A DNA stretch of 24,000 nucleotides from Vicinamibacteraceae bacterium (GTDB taxonomy: Bacteria; Acidobacteriota; Vicinamibacteria; Vicinamibacterales; Vicinamibacteraceae): NCBI GenBank assembly GCA_963759795.1, contig CAVXAR010000006.1, positions 34,235 through 58,234 of the forward strand. Reading direction: 5' to 3'. Shown one piece after another: positions 14,681-23,219 of this stretch. A program made the translations under genes and the position numbers. Below the pieces are notes generated by a model that did not search any database, was not told the origin of the DNA, and saw nothing but the letters and a program-made list of their open reading frames with translations. The first letter of the stretch is position 1, and each line of letters starts with the position of its first letter.

Positions 14681-14976
14681 GCCCCGAGCACCCGCGGCAC
14701 CCGGAACAGGCCGGACTTCTCGTCGGCCGCCGTGGCATTGGCCAGCGCGTCGTGCACATCCAGCGACGCGTGCGGCTCGTCGGCACGCAGGTCACGGGCT
14801 CCTTCGACGACATGAGCGGTCAGCGGGACGCCTTCGGTCGGCACCGACTGCAGCCGGTCCACGTAGTCCAGGATCTGATCGAGATCGGCACGGAGGCGGC
14901 CCCTGCTCTCCTCGGTGAGGCGCAGGTGGGCCAGGGCGGCAACGCGGTCGATCTCTTCGGTGCTGAAGCGAGCCAT
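14677..14976 (-). CDS. gatC: Glutamyl-tRNA(Gln)/aspartyl-tRNA(Asn) amidotransferase subunit C
   Basis: ORF 14677..14976: [39 protein letters not shown]...LRADEP. ATGA overlap with the gatA start. Confidence 0.9.
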   Translation of the reverse strand: MARFSTEEIDRVAALAHLRLTEESRGRLRADLDQILDYVDRLQSVPTEGVPLTAHVVEGARDLRADEPHASLDVHDALANATAADEKSGLFRVPRVLGA

Positions 14977-15041
14977 CGGCGTCAGTTTAACGAATCCAGG
15001 GGTCGCAGTCCGACAGGCGGGCCTCGCACTACAATGAGCCG

Positions 15042-15971
15042 GTGCTGACTCGTCGTGGCTTTCGCCTGTCCCTGGGCGTCCTTGCGCTCACGCTGCCGTT
15101 GCTCACACCCACCCCGTCGCAGGCGTGGGGATTCGAGGCACACAAGTTCATCGCCGACCGCGTCATCGCGCTGCTGCCGCCCGGTCTGCGCGAACTGTTC
15201 GAGCGGCAGCGCACGTCGTTTGTCGAGCACGCCATCGACCCCGACCTCTGGCGCAACGTCGGCGTGGTCGAGGAGCCGCCGCGGCACTTCCTCGACCTCG
15301 ACGCGTACGGCGCGGCGCCCTATACGCAGCTGCCGCGCTCGTACGACGAGGCCGTCACCAAGTACGGCCCCGAGAAGGTCAACGAGGAGGGCACCTTGCC
15401 CTGGCGGATTGCCGAGATCCACGGCCGCTTGCGGCGGACCTTCGAACAGCTCGCGCGCCCCGACGGACCGGGGTACGCGGTGGACAACGCCGTGTTCTTC
15501 GCCTCGGTGCTGAGCCACTACATCGGCGACGCGCACGTGCCCTTCCACGCCGTGGTCAACTACGACGGTCAGGTGACCGGGCAGCACGGGGTGCACAGTC
15601 GCTTCGAGTCGGACCTGTTCTCGAGACTGAAGCCGTCACTGGTGATTGCCCCGAAAGCCGAGCCGGCAGTGACCGCACCGCGCGATCACGCCTTCGAGAC
15701 GCTCATCGCAGGTGCCGCGCTGGCGACGCGGGTCCTCGAAGCCGACCGCCAGGCGATCGGCACGGGCGATCTCTACGACGACGGGTACTTCCGGCGATTT
15801 GCCGAGGGTGGCGCCGGGCCGATCCTCGAGCAGCGCGTCAACCAGTCGATTGCTGACGTGGCCGCACACATCATCGGCGCCTGGGAGGCAGCCGGACGGC
15901 CCGACCTGTCCAAGCCGCGCCCGCCGCGCCCGCCGCAGCGCAAGCGCGCCCCCCGCGTTGCCGCACCGTAG
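15042..15971 (+). CDS. Secreted S1/P1-type zinc nuclease family protein
   Basis: ORF 15042..15971, GTG start. A signal peptide ends ...TPSQA, followed by the hallmark mature N-terminus WGFEAHKFIA (Trp1 zinc ligand). Also HFLDLD, SHYIGDAHVPFH and GVHSRFE. Pro/Arg-rich tail. Confidence 0.8.
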   Translation: MLTRRGFRLSLGVLALTLPLLTPTPSQAWGFEAHKFIADRVIALLPPGLRELFERQRTSFVEHAIDPDLWRNVGVVEEPPRHFLDLDAYGAAPYTQLPRSYDEAVTKYGPEKVNEEGTLPWRIAEIHGRLRRTFEQLARPDGPGYAVDNAVFFASVLSHYIGDAHVPFHAVVNYDGQVTGQHGVHSRFESDLFSRLKPSLVIAPKAEPAVTAPRDHAFETLIAGAALATRVLEADRQAIGTGDLYDDGYFRRFAEGGAGPILEQRVNQSIADVAAHIIGAWEAAGRPDLSKPRPPRPPQRKRAPRVAAP

Positions 15972-16027
15972 CGCCGCGACCCTTCCCAGTCGCCGGTGAC
16001 TGGACAGACGTGCGCAGCGCGTGACCG

Positions 16028-16606
16028 CTAGAACGCCCGCACGTAGGTGAGGTTGGCTTTCACCTCGACGTCATGCGTGCGCGGGGGGGCGCCTGGCCTG
16101 TCGATGGCCACCTTGTAGGTGCCGGCCGGCGCGACCAGCACCTGGTATCCGTCGCCAGCCACCCCACGCGCCACCTCGGTGCCGTCCGTCCGAAGCAGCC
16201 GGGACGTCCACGCGGTGGCGCCTGCCGGGGCCGGGGCAGCGTCACGCACCTGCAGGGCGCCCCAGCCCTTGTCGAAGTTCAACACCTCGAGGTGGCGCCC
16301 CGCCTCACCGGGGTAGTCGACCAGCAGTCGCAGCGTGGCCCAGGCAATGCCGCTGACCTTTCCCTCGCTCTGCTGCACCAGCTGGACGTCGTACTGCCCG
16401 GCAGTGAGCGACAAGCGGCGCTCACCACCGGCCACCAGCGGCGCCGGTCGACCGTTGCTGCGGGTACCGGCCGGGTACACCGTCACCGTTGTCTCCCTCG
16501 TCACCTCGGTCGCGCCGCGGAACACGCGGACATCCAGCGCCAGAGGTGGGGCAGGCTGCACCCCGACCGCCATCAGCGCCAACCACAGCAGAAGCGTCGT
16601 CGTCAT
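16028..16606 (-). CDS. Hypothetical secreted protein with two beta-sandwich-like repeats
   Basis: ORF 16028..16666 trimmed to ATG 16606, giving signal peptide MTTTLLLWLALMAVGV. Two similar segments (LSLTAGQYDVQLV and VLVAPAGTYKVAI) resemble PEGA/CarboxypepD_reg-type strands. C-terminal residue is Phe. No function recognised. Confidence 0.55.
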   Translation of the reverse strand: MTTTLLLWLALMAVGVQPAPPLALDVRVFRGATEVTRETTVTVYPAGTRSNGRPAPLVAGGERRLSLTAGQYDVQLVQQSEGKVSGIAWATLRLLVDYPGEAGRHLEVLNFDKGWGALQVRDAAPAPAGATAWTSRLLRTDGTEVARGVAGDGYQVLVAPAGTYKVAIDRPGAPPRTHDVEVKANLTYVRAF

Positions 16607-16701
16607 GTCGATAAGGGTAGCGGGAGTCGCCGGATCGACCGGCGGGAATCGACGCCGTGCACCCAAAGCCGGATGGTATGGTAGGACTGGTCACGACACG
16701 G

Positions 16702-17406
16702 ATGTTCGACGTCTATCTGATTCCCATCGGCGGGGGGCGCCTCGAGCCCTATTGCGAACCGGCTGAGGAGGCGCAGCCAGTCGACCCCGACGCCGAGCGC
16801 GGGATGTTCCGGCGCTTGCTCGACAGGTTTCGCCAGATGCTGGCCGACGCCGAAGACGAGCGCCGCCGCCGTTCGCGCGGCGAAGAAACGCCCGATCCGG
16901 GGACGACGCTCGGCCGGCTGCAGCAGCGGGTGCTGCGCAGCATTGCCGAGCACATCAACGAACAGCGGTTGCTCTGGCACCTCCGCAAGCACACGCACGC
17001 CACGCTGCACCACCCCGACGACGTGACCGCTGAACAGGCGCTGCTGGTGATGCGGACGTCGCTGCGCAAGGACGGCGACCGGCACGTGCTCTGGCTGGTC
17101 GTGACGACGATCCTGTTCATCGCGTCGGGCGCGCTGGCGCTGGTGCCAGGGCCGAACGTGCTGGCGTACTTTCTCGGATTCTTCGTGGTCGCGCGCTACC
17201 TGTCCTGGCGCGGCGCCAAGCACGGGCTGCGGGCGGTCATCTGGCACATGGCGCCGAGCACCGCGCTCTCGGAGTTGCGCGGCGCGCTGCAGCTGTCAGG
17301 AGAGGCGCGCGCGCCCCTCGTGCTCGACATCGCGATGCGCCTGCGGCTCGAGGATTTGCCGCTGTTCGTGGCGCGAATGGCGCCCGATCCCCTGGCGACC
17401 CCATAG
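16702..17406 (+). CDS. Hypothetical membrane protein (charged cytosolic N-domain, two central TM helices)
   Basis: ORF 16657..17406 trimmed to ATG 16702: MFDVYLIPIGGGRLEPYCE...; TM region VLWLVVTTILFIASGALALVPGPNVLAYFLGFFVVARYL. No family recognised by eye. Confidence 0.55.
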   Translation: MFDVYLIPIGGGRLEPYCEPAEEAQPVDPDAERGMFRRLLDRFRQMLADAEDERRRRSRGEETPDPGTTLGRLQQRVLRSIAEHINEQRLLWHLRKHTHATLHHPDDVTAEQALLVMRTSLRKDGDRHVLWLVVTTILFIASGALALVPGPNVLAYFLGFFVVARYLSWRGAKHGLRAVIWHMAPSTALSELRGALQLSGEARAPLVLDIAMRLRLEDLPLFVARMAPDPLATP

Positions 17407-17419
17407 CCGCCGGCGCGCC

Positions 17420-17515
17420 GCGTCAGGCACCTGTGCGCCGAAGCGCGCAGCGCGTCAGGCACTTGTGCGCCGAAGCGCGCAGCGCGTCAGGCACTTGTGC
17501 GCCGAAGCGCGCAGC
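17420..17515. repeat. Three head-to-tail copies of a 32-bp unit GCGTCAGGCAC(C/T)TGTGCGCCGAAGCGCGCAGC
   Basis: Units at 17420-17451, 17452-17483 and 17484-17515, with one C/T difference and a degenerate partial fourth copy (gcgaaggcgca) after them. Each unit can form a 5-bp GC stem (TGCGC/GCGCA). Located between the hypothetical gene's stop (17406) and lpxD. Confidence 0.95.
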
Positions 17516-17544
17516 GCGAAGGCGCATGGTACACTCCGCACGCC

Positions 17545-18591
17545 TTGACGCTGCGTGAGCTCGCCGATCTGCTCGGGTGCCGCCTCGAGGGTGACGGCGA
17601 CGTGTCGGTCACCCGTGTGGCGGCCCTCGACGCGGCCGGCTCCGGCGACGTCTCCTTCTTCTCCAATCCCAGATACAGCAAGCAGCTCGCCGCGACGCGC
17701 GCGTCAGCCGTGATCGCTGCCGACGGCGTGGCGGTTCCGAGTGCGGCGTTGCGCACGGCCGACCCCTACGTGGCCTTCGCCCGGGCGCTCGCCCTGCTGC
17801 ACCCGCAGCCGCCGGCACCGCCTGGTGTCCATCCCACTGCCGTGATCGACGCTTCGGCGGTCCTCGGCCCTGACGTCTCGGTGGGACCCTACGCGTGCAT
17901 CGGCGCCACGGTCGTGCTCGGCGCACGCACGGTGGTGCGCGCGCACGTCACCGTCGGCGACGGTGCGGTCATCGGCGAAGACTGCCTGCTGCATGCGTAC
18001 GTGAGCGTGCGGGAGCGGGTGACGCTCGGGCAGCGGGTGGTGGTGCAGGACCATGCCGTGATTGGCAGCGACGGCTTCGGCTTTGCGGCCGACGCGTCGG
18101 GCCAGCTGCTCAAGATTCCGCAGGTCGGCACCGTGGTGGTGGGCGACGACGTGGAGATCGGGGTGTCGACGGCCATCGACCGACCCCCGATTGGCGCCAC
18201 CGTGATTGGCGCCGGCAGCAAGATCGACAATCTCGTGCAGATCGGTCATGGCGTCGAACTGGGCGAGCGGGTCATCCTGGTCTCGCAGGTCGGGATCGCT
18301 GGCAGCACCTCGATTGGTGCCGGAACGGTCCTGGCCGGTCAGGTCGGGGTGGCTGGTCACCTGACCCTCGGCAAGGGCGTGCGCGCCACGGCCCAGACCG
18401 GGATCCCGAACTCCTTGCCGGACAAGGCGTTCGTCTCGGGGTACCCGGCCATCGACAACCGTGACTGGTTGAAGGCCTCGGCGGTGTTTCGCAGCCTGCC
18501 GGTGCTGCGCAAACAGGTGCAGGATCTGCAGCGGCGCCTGGCGTCGCTCGAAGCGGCGCCTCCCGGGGATGCTTCCGCCGGCGAGTCGTAA
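17545..18591 (+). CDS. lpxD: UDP-3-O-acylglucosamine N-acyltransferase
   Basis: ORF 17497..18591. It contains hexapeptide repeats and N-terminal LTLRELADLLGCRLEGDGDVSVTRVAALDAAGSGDVSFFSNPRYSKQL. I favour TTG 17545 (MTLRELADLL) because GTG 17497 lies inside the tandem repeat, but the start is uncertain. An extended -10-like TGGTACACT sits at 17527-17535. Confidence 0.88.
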   Translation: MTLRELADLLGCRLEGDGDVSVTRVAALDAAGSGDVSFFSNPRYSKQLAATRASAVIAADGVAVPSAALRTADPYVAFARALALLHPQPPAPPGVHPTAVIDASAVLGPDVSVGPYACIGATVVLGARTVVRAHVTVGDGAVIGEDCLLHAYVSVRERVTLGQRVVVQDHAVIGSDGFGFAADASGQLLKIPQVGTVVVGDDVEIGVSTAIDRPPIGATVIGAGSKIDNLVQIGHGVELGERVILVSQVGIAGSTSIGAGTVLAGQVGVAGHLTLGKGVRATAQTGIPNSLPDKAFVSGYPAIDNRDWLKASAVFRSLPVLRKQVQDLQRRLASLEAAPPGDASAGES

Positions 18592-18651
18592 GCCGGGCCG
18601 GTCGTCCCATTTCATTGGAGGCCGGCGTCCGGCCTGCCATAATCAGCAGCA

Positions 18652-20028
18652 ATGACACGATTGCTCGCCCGGCCCGCTGCGGCCGCCGTGCTGGCCCTCT
18701 GCGTCGTGGCGGGGGCGCTGCAGGCGCCCACCGCAGCGACGACGGTGCGGCCGCCGGCGTTCAAGTTCGAGGACTACACGCTGGCCAACGGGTTGCGGGT
18801 CATCCTGCTCGAGGATCATTCCACGCCTATCGCCCACGTGGCCCTCTGGTATCACGTCGGCTCGAAGGACGAGAAGACCGGGCGCACCGGCTTTGCGCAC
18901 CTCTTCGAGCACATGATGTTCAAGGGCAGCCGCAACGTGCAGCCCGAGGCCCACACCTCCTACATCGCCTCGGTGGGTGGCCAGAGCAACGCCTACACGA
19001 CCGAGGACACGACGGTGTTCTGGCAGACCGTGCCGGCGCACTACCTGCCGCTGACGCTGTGGCTCGAGGCCGATCGGATGGCGTCGCTGCGAGTCGAGGA
19101 GGCCACCTTCCGGACCGAGCGCGACGTGGTCAAGGAGGAGCGGCGGCAGCGGGTAGAGAACCAGCCCTACGGACGACTGTCCGAGATCATCTACGACCAG
19201 GCATTCACCACGCATCCGTACAAGCACCCGGTCATCGGCAGCATGGCCGATCTCGAGGCGGCCAGCATCGACGACGTGCGCGAGTTCCACCGCACGTACT
19301 ACCGGCCTGACAACGCCACCCTGGTGATTGCCGGTGACTTCGACCCGGCGATGGCCAGGAGCCTGGTCGAACGCGAATTCGGCAAGGTGGCCAAGCCGAC
19401 CGGCACGGTGCCCCGCAACATCGCCCCCGAGCCGCCGCGCACGCAGGAGAAGCGCGTGACGGTCGAGGAGGACTGGCCGCTCCCGGCCGTCGTCGTGGCC
19501 TACCCGATCACCTACGACGGGCACCCCGATTCGTATCCGCTGCACATCGCCGCCAAGGTGCTCTCCGACGGCACCAGCTCGCGGATCTACCAGCGGCTGG
19601 TCTACAAGGAGCGCATCGCGCTGTCGGCGTTCGGTCAGGCCAACCTGATCGAGCACCCCAACCTGTTCTATGCGGTGGCCATTGTCGCGCCGGGACACAC
19701 GCCCGAGCAGGTGAGCAAGGCACTGATCGAGGAGATGGACAGGCTGGTCCAGGAGCCGATCAGCGACCGCGAGCTCGAGCGCAGCAAGAACCAGTTCGCG
19801 CGCGACTACGTCCTCGGTCGCCAGACCGTGCAGAACAAGGCGTCGGCGCTGGCCCACGCCGTGGTGCTGCATGGCGGCGACATCGCCACCGCCGACGGCG
19901 AGTTCGACATCTTCCAGAAGATGACTGCCGCCGACGTGCAGCGGGTGGCCCGGAAGTATTTCACGCCGCAGAGCCGCATGGTGCTGACGGTGATGCCACG
20001 CGGGCAGCGCCCAGCGGGGGGGCAGTGA
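18652..20028 (+). CDS. M16 (pitrilysin) family zinc peptidase, active-type subunit, signal peptide
   Basis: ORF 18652..20028. Inverted zinc motif HLFEHMMFKGS (HxxEH); also NAYTTEDTTVFW and REFHRTYYRPDNATLVIAGD. Confidence 0.9.
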   Translation: MTRLLARPAAAAVLALCVVAGALQAPTAATTVRPPAFKFEDYTLANGLRVILLEDHSTPIAHVALWYHVGSKDEKTGRTGFAHLFEHMMFKGSRNVQPEAHTSYIASVGGQSNAYTTEDTTVFWQTVPAHYLPLTLWLEADRMASLRVEEATFRTERDVVKEERRQRVENQPYGRLSEIIYDQAFTTHPYKHPVIGSMADLEAASIDDVREFHRTYYRPDNATLVIAGDFDPAMARSLVEREFGKVAKPTGTVPRNIAPEPPRTQEKRVTVEEDWPLPAVVVAYPITYDGHPDSYPLHIAAKVLSDGTSSRIYQRLVYKERIALSAFGQANLIEHPNLFYAVAIVAPGHTPEQVSKALIEEMDRLVQEPISDRELERSKNQFARDYVLGRQTVQNKASALAHAVVLHGGDIATADGEFDIFQKMTAADVQRVARKYFTPQSRMVLTVMPRGQRPAGGQ

Positions 20029-21509
20029 TGCCGCGCTCGATGCAGACCCTGTGGGTGGCCGTCATTGCCGTCCTGATTGCCGTCAGTTCGCCGCTCTGCG
20101 CGCAGGAGCGGCCGCCGCGGCCGCTGGAAGCGCGCGCCGTCAAGATCCCGCCGTACGAGGTACGGACGCTGCCCAACGGGCTGCGCGTCGTGGTGGTGTC
20201 GCAGCACGAACAGCCGGCTGTCAGCTTGCGCATGCTGGTCAAGTCCGGCTCGGCCCAGGATCCCGAGGGCAGGCCCGGGGTGGCCGGGATGGTCGGGGCG
20301 TTGCTGGACCAGGGCACCGCCCGGCAGTCATCCGGGCAAATCTCGGATGCCATCGACTATGTCGGGGGTGCGCTCGGGTCCGGTGCCGGCACCGACCTGT
20401 CGTACGTCAATGTCCTGGTGCTGAAGGACAAGTTCGATTTCGCCCTCGACCTGATGTCCGAAGTGGTGCGGACGCCGTCGTTCCCGCAGGACGAACTCGA
20501 TCGGGTACGGCAGCAGGCGCTGTCGGCGATGGGCGTCAACATGCAGGACCCGGAGTTTGTCGCCGATGCGGTGATCGACCGCCTGGTGTACGGGTTCCAT
20601 CCGTACGGCCTGCCGGGCAACGGCACGCCGGACTCGCTGAGCGCGATCACCCGCGACGACCTGGTGCAGTTCCACTCGGCGTGGTTCTCGCCCAACAACG
20701 CCCTGCTGGCCGTGGTCGGCGACGTCAACGTCGAAGAAGCCTTCGCCGGCGTCACCCGCATCTTCGGCGACTGGAAGCCGGCGCAGACACCGGTGCAGCC
20801 GCTGGCCGAGGTACCGGAGCCGACCCGCCGCGTCGTGCTGGTGGACCGGCCCAATGCCATCCAGACCGAGATCCGCGCCGGCCACGTCGCCATCGCCCGC
20901 AAGCACCCCGACTACATGGCGCTCAATCTCGCCACCAAGATTCTGGGTGGCGAGGGCGCCAACCGGCTGCAGAACGTGTTGCGGTCCGAAAAGGGACTGA
21001 CCTACGGCGCGTCGGCCGACATGGACGCCTACAAGCTGACGGGGTCGATCATCGCCGAGACCGATACCCAGACCTCGACGACGGGCGAGGCGCTGCGCCT
21101 GACCATCGACGAGTTCTCGCGTCTGGTCCGTGAGCCGGTCGGCGAGCGCGAGCTGGCCGGCGCGCAGGCTTACCTGGCCGGCAGCTTTCCCCTCAGCATC
21201 GAGACCGCCGACGACATCGCCCTGCAGGTGCTCAACCTGCTGTTCTTCGACCTCGACGTCAAGGACCTCGAAACCTATCGCGATCGCATCAACGCCGTCA
21301 CCAGCGACGACATCCAGAGGGTGGCCCGGCAGTTCGTCAAGCCGGGACGACTGTCCATCGTGCTGGTCGGCGACGCCAGTCAGGTGCTGCCGCAGCTCAA
21401 GGCGGTGGGCGTGGACAACGTCGAGGTCCTGCCGCTCGGGGATCTCGACCTGACCAGCCCCTCCCTGCGTCGCAGGGCCGGGGCCCCGACGCGGTCGCCC
21501 GGACGCTGA
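20025..21509 (+). CDS. M16 family peptidase-like protein lacking HxxEH (non-catalytic partner subunit), signal peptide
   Basis: ORF 20025..21509; ATG 20028 is the alternative start, overlapping the upstream TGA. M16 fold motifs are present (LPNGLRVVVV, FHSAWFSPNNALLAVVGD), but the zinc-motif position reads GVAGMVGALLDQGT. Confidence 0.85.
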   Translation: MMPRSMQTLWVAVIAVLIAVSSPLCAQERPPRPLEARAVKIPPYEVRTLPNGLRVVVVSQHEQPAVSLRMLVKSGSAQDPEGRPGVAGMVGALLDQGTARQSSGQISDAIDYVGGALGSGAGTDLSYVNVLVLKDKFDFALDLMSEVVRTPSFPQDELDRVRQQALSAMGVNMQDPEFVADAVIDRLVYGFHPYGLPGNGTPDSLSAITRDDLVQFHSAWFSPNNALLAVVGDVNVEEAFAGVTRIFGDWKPAQTPVQPLAEVPEPTRRVVLVDRPNAIQTEIRAGHVAIARKHPDYMALNLATKILGGEGANRLQNVLRSEKGLTYGASADMDAYKLTGSIIAETDTQTSTTGEALRLTIDEFSRLVREPVGERELAGAQAYLAGSFPLSIETADDIALQVLNLLFFDLDVKDLETYRDRINAVTSDDIQRVARQFVKPGRLSIVLVGDASQVLPQLKAVGVDNVEVLPLGDLDLTSPSLRRRAGAPTRSPGR

Positions 21510-21516
21510 CGCGGGC

Positions 21517-22680
21517 ATGGCGGGCGTGATGATCTCGTGCGGGGAGCCCTCGGGCGACCTGTACGCAGGCGCGCTGGCCGCTGCGCTGCGGCGCCAGCAA
21601 CCCGGGATCGACATCTTCGGTTTCGGCGGTCCGAAGCTGGCCGCCGCCGGTGGCCGGCTGCTCGGCTCCTACGAGGGGCTGGCGGTGACCGGTCTCTCCG
21701 AAGTGCTGCGGACCTTGCCGCGCACCTGGCGCATGTACCGGCACCTGATCGCACAGGCCGAACGGCTGCGTCCGGATGTCTTTGTCGCCATCGACTTTGC
21801 CGACTTCAACTTCCGGCTCGGACAGGCCCTGCACAAGCGCGGGATCCCCGTCGTGTACTACATCGGGCCGCAGCTCTGGGCCTGGCGGCCTCGACGGATG
21901 CAGGTCATCAAGCGCTTCGCCGACCTCGTCCTGGTCATCTTTCCTTTCGAGGCGGCGCTCTACGAGCAGGCGGGCGTGCCCGTCGAGTTCGTCGGCCATC
22001 CCCTCATCGACCTGATCGAGCGGCACGGGTCGCGCGCCGACCTGTTGACGCAGCACGGCCTGTCGCACGACGCGCGAACCATCGCGCTGCTGCCCGGCAG
22101 CCGCCACAACGAGGTCGACAGCACCCTCCCGATCCTGCTCGAGGCGTGCGCGCGCATTCGCGCCGAGGAGCCGGACGCGCAGTTCCTGGTCGCCCGGGCT
22201 CCTGGCCTGCACGATCGCCAGTTCGAGACGGCCAGTCGCAGCCCGCTGCCCATTGGCGTGCATCACGGCGATACCGACGCCGTCCTGGCTGCCAGCGACG
22301 TCGTGGTCACCGCCTCGGGCACCGCCACGGTCCAGACCGCGCTGCATGGCAAGCCGATGGTGATCGTCTACCGGCTCTCACCGCTGACCTATCGGCTGGG
22401 CCGGCGGTTCGTCAAGGTGGACACCTTCGGGATGGTCAACCTCATTGCCGGCCGGCGCATCGTCCCCGAACTGATTCAATCCGACTTCACCGCGGAGCGG
22501 GTCACTCGCGAGGTCCTGCGCTTCATGCGCGATCGCGCCGGCGCCGATGAAGTGCGTGCGCAACTGGGTGAGGTGGTGCGGGCACTGGGAGGACCCGGTG
22601 CATCGGACCGCGCCGCCGCTGCCGTGCTCGCCCTTGCCGCTCGTCACGCCTCACACCGAGGCCAGGAGTCGTCCCTCTGA
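21517..22680 (+). CDS. lpxB: Lipid-A-disaccharide synthase
   Basis: ORF 21517..22680: VMISCGEPSGDLYAGALAAAL...VFVAIDFADFNFRL...YYIGPQLWAWRPRR...FPFEAALY...FVGHPL...LLPGSRHNEV...ASGTATVQTAL...MVNLIAGRRIVPELIQ. Confidence 0.93.
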   Translation: MAGVMISCGEPSGDLYAGALAAALRRQQPGIDIFGFGGPKLAAAGGRLLGSYEGLAVTGLSEVLRTLPRTWRMYRHLIAQAERLRPDVFVAIDFADFNFRLGQALHKRGIPVVYYIGPQLWAWRPRRMQVIKRFADLVLVIFPFEAALYEQAGVPVEFVGHPLIDLIERHGSRADLLTQHGLSHDARTIALLPGSRHNEVDSTLPILLEACARIRAEEPDAQFLVARAPGLHDRQFETASRSPLPIGVHHGDTDAVLAASDVVVTASGTATVQTALHGKPMVIVYRLSPLTYRLGRRFVKVDTFGMVNLIAGRRIVPELIQSDFTAERVTREVLRFMRDRAGADEVRAQLGEVVRALGGPGASDRAAAAVLALAARHASHRGQESSL

Positions 22681-23219
22681 TGTGTGTTCCCTGTCGCCGC
22701 GCCCTTGCGGTCCTCGCCGCGCTGGTCTTCGGCTCGTGCGTGCCGGCGCTGGCCTCGGTCGTCGTGCCGCTGTCGCTGGTGGAGCTGAGCCGGTCCGCCG
22801 ACGTCATCGCGGACGGCACGGTGGTCGAGGTCAGGGCGGTGGCGGGCCCCGATGGAATCGAGCGGCTGGTGCACGTGCAGGTCGGGTCCACCTGGAAGGG
22901 CGAGCCGGCGCGGGCGCTGTACGTGCGTCTGGCAGGCGGCCGGCTGGGGCGCACCGAAACGCGCATCCCGGGCGTGCCCGACCCGGCCGAGGGCGACCGC
23001 GTGGTCTGGTTCCTGGTCGCGCATCCGCGGGGAGGCTTCAGCGTGCTGGGGCTGTATCAGGGGGCGCTTGGCGCCCTGGCTTCGCCCGATGGAGCGGCGC
23101 GGGTGCTGGCGCCGGCGCGGATCCGCACGGCTCGCGGTGACGTGAGCCGCCTGCCGCGCCGCATCGCCGACCTCGAGGCCGATGTCCGACAGATCACCGG
23201 CGACGGGGCAGCGCAGTGA
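22680..23219 (+). CDS. Hypothetical small secreted protein or lipoprotein
   Basis: ORF 22680..23219. Its ATG overlaps the lpxB TGA by 1 nt. Signal peptide MCVPCRRALAVLAALVFGSCVPALA (a possible lipobox-like FGSC). No family recognised. Confidence 0.6.
   Translation: MCVPCRRALAVLAALVFGSCVPALASVVVPLSLVELSRSADVIADGTVVEVRAVAGPDGIERLVHVQVGSTWKGEPARALYVRLAGGRLGRTETRIPGVPDPAEGDRVVWFLVAHPRGGFSVLGLYQGALGALASPDGAARVLAPARIRTARGDVSRLPRRIADLEADVRQITGDGAAQ

Noticed and set aside
17420-17515. The 32-bp repeats as a CRISPR array
   Set aside because: The copies are directly abutting with no spacers, there are only three of them, and no cas genes are nearby. This is a plain tandem repeat.
17497-17544. GTG 17497 as the lpxD start (longest ORF)
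   Set aside because: Not fully excluded. However, it lies inside copy 3 of the tandem repeat, and the added 16 residues (MRRSAQREGAWYTPHA) have no counterpart in LpxD N-termini as I remember them. TTG 17545 gives the family-typical MTLRELADLL.
20328-22347. Minus-strand ORFs 20328..21614 (428 aa) and 21397..22347 (316 aa)
   Set aside because: They lie antisense to the second M16 gene and to lpxB, both of which carry clear family motifs. The antisense products are low-complexity.
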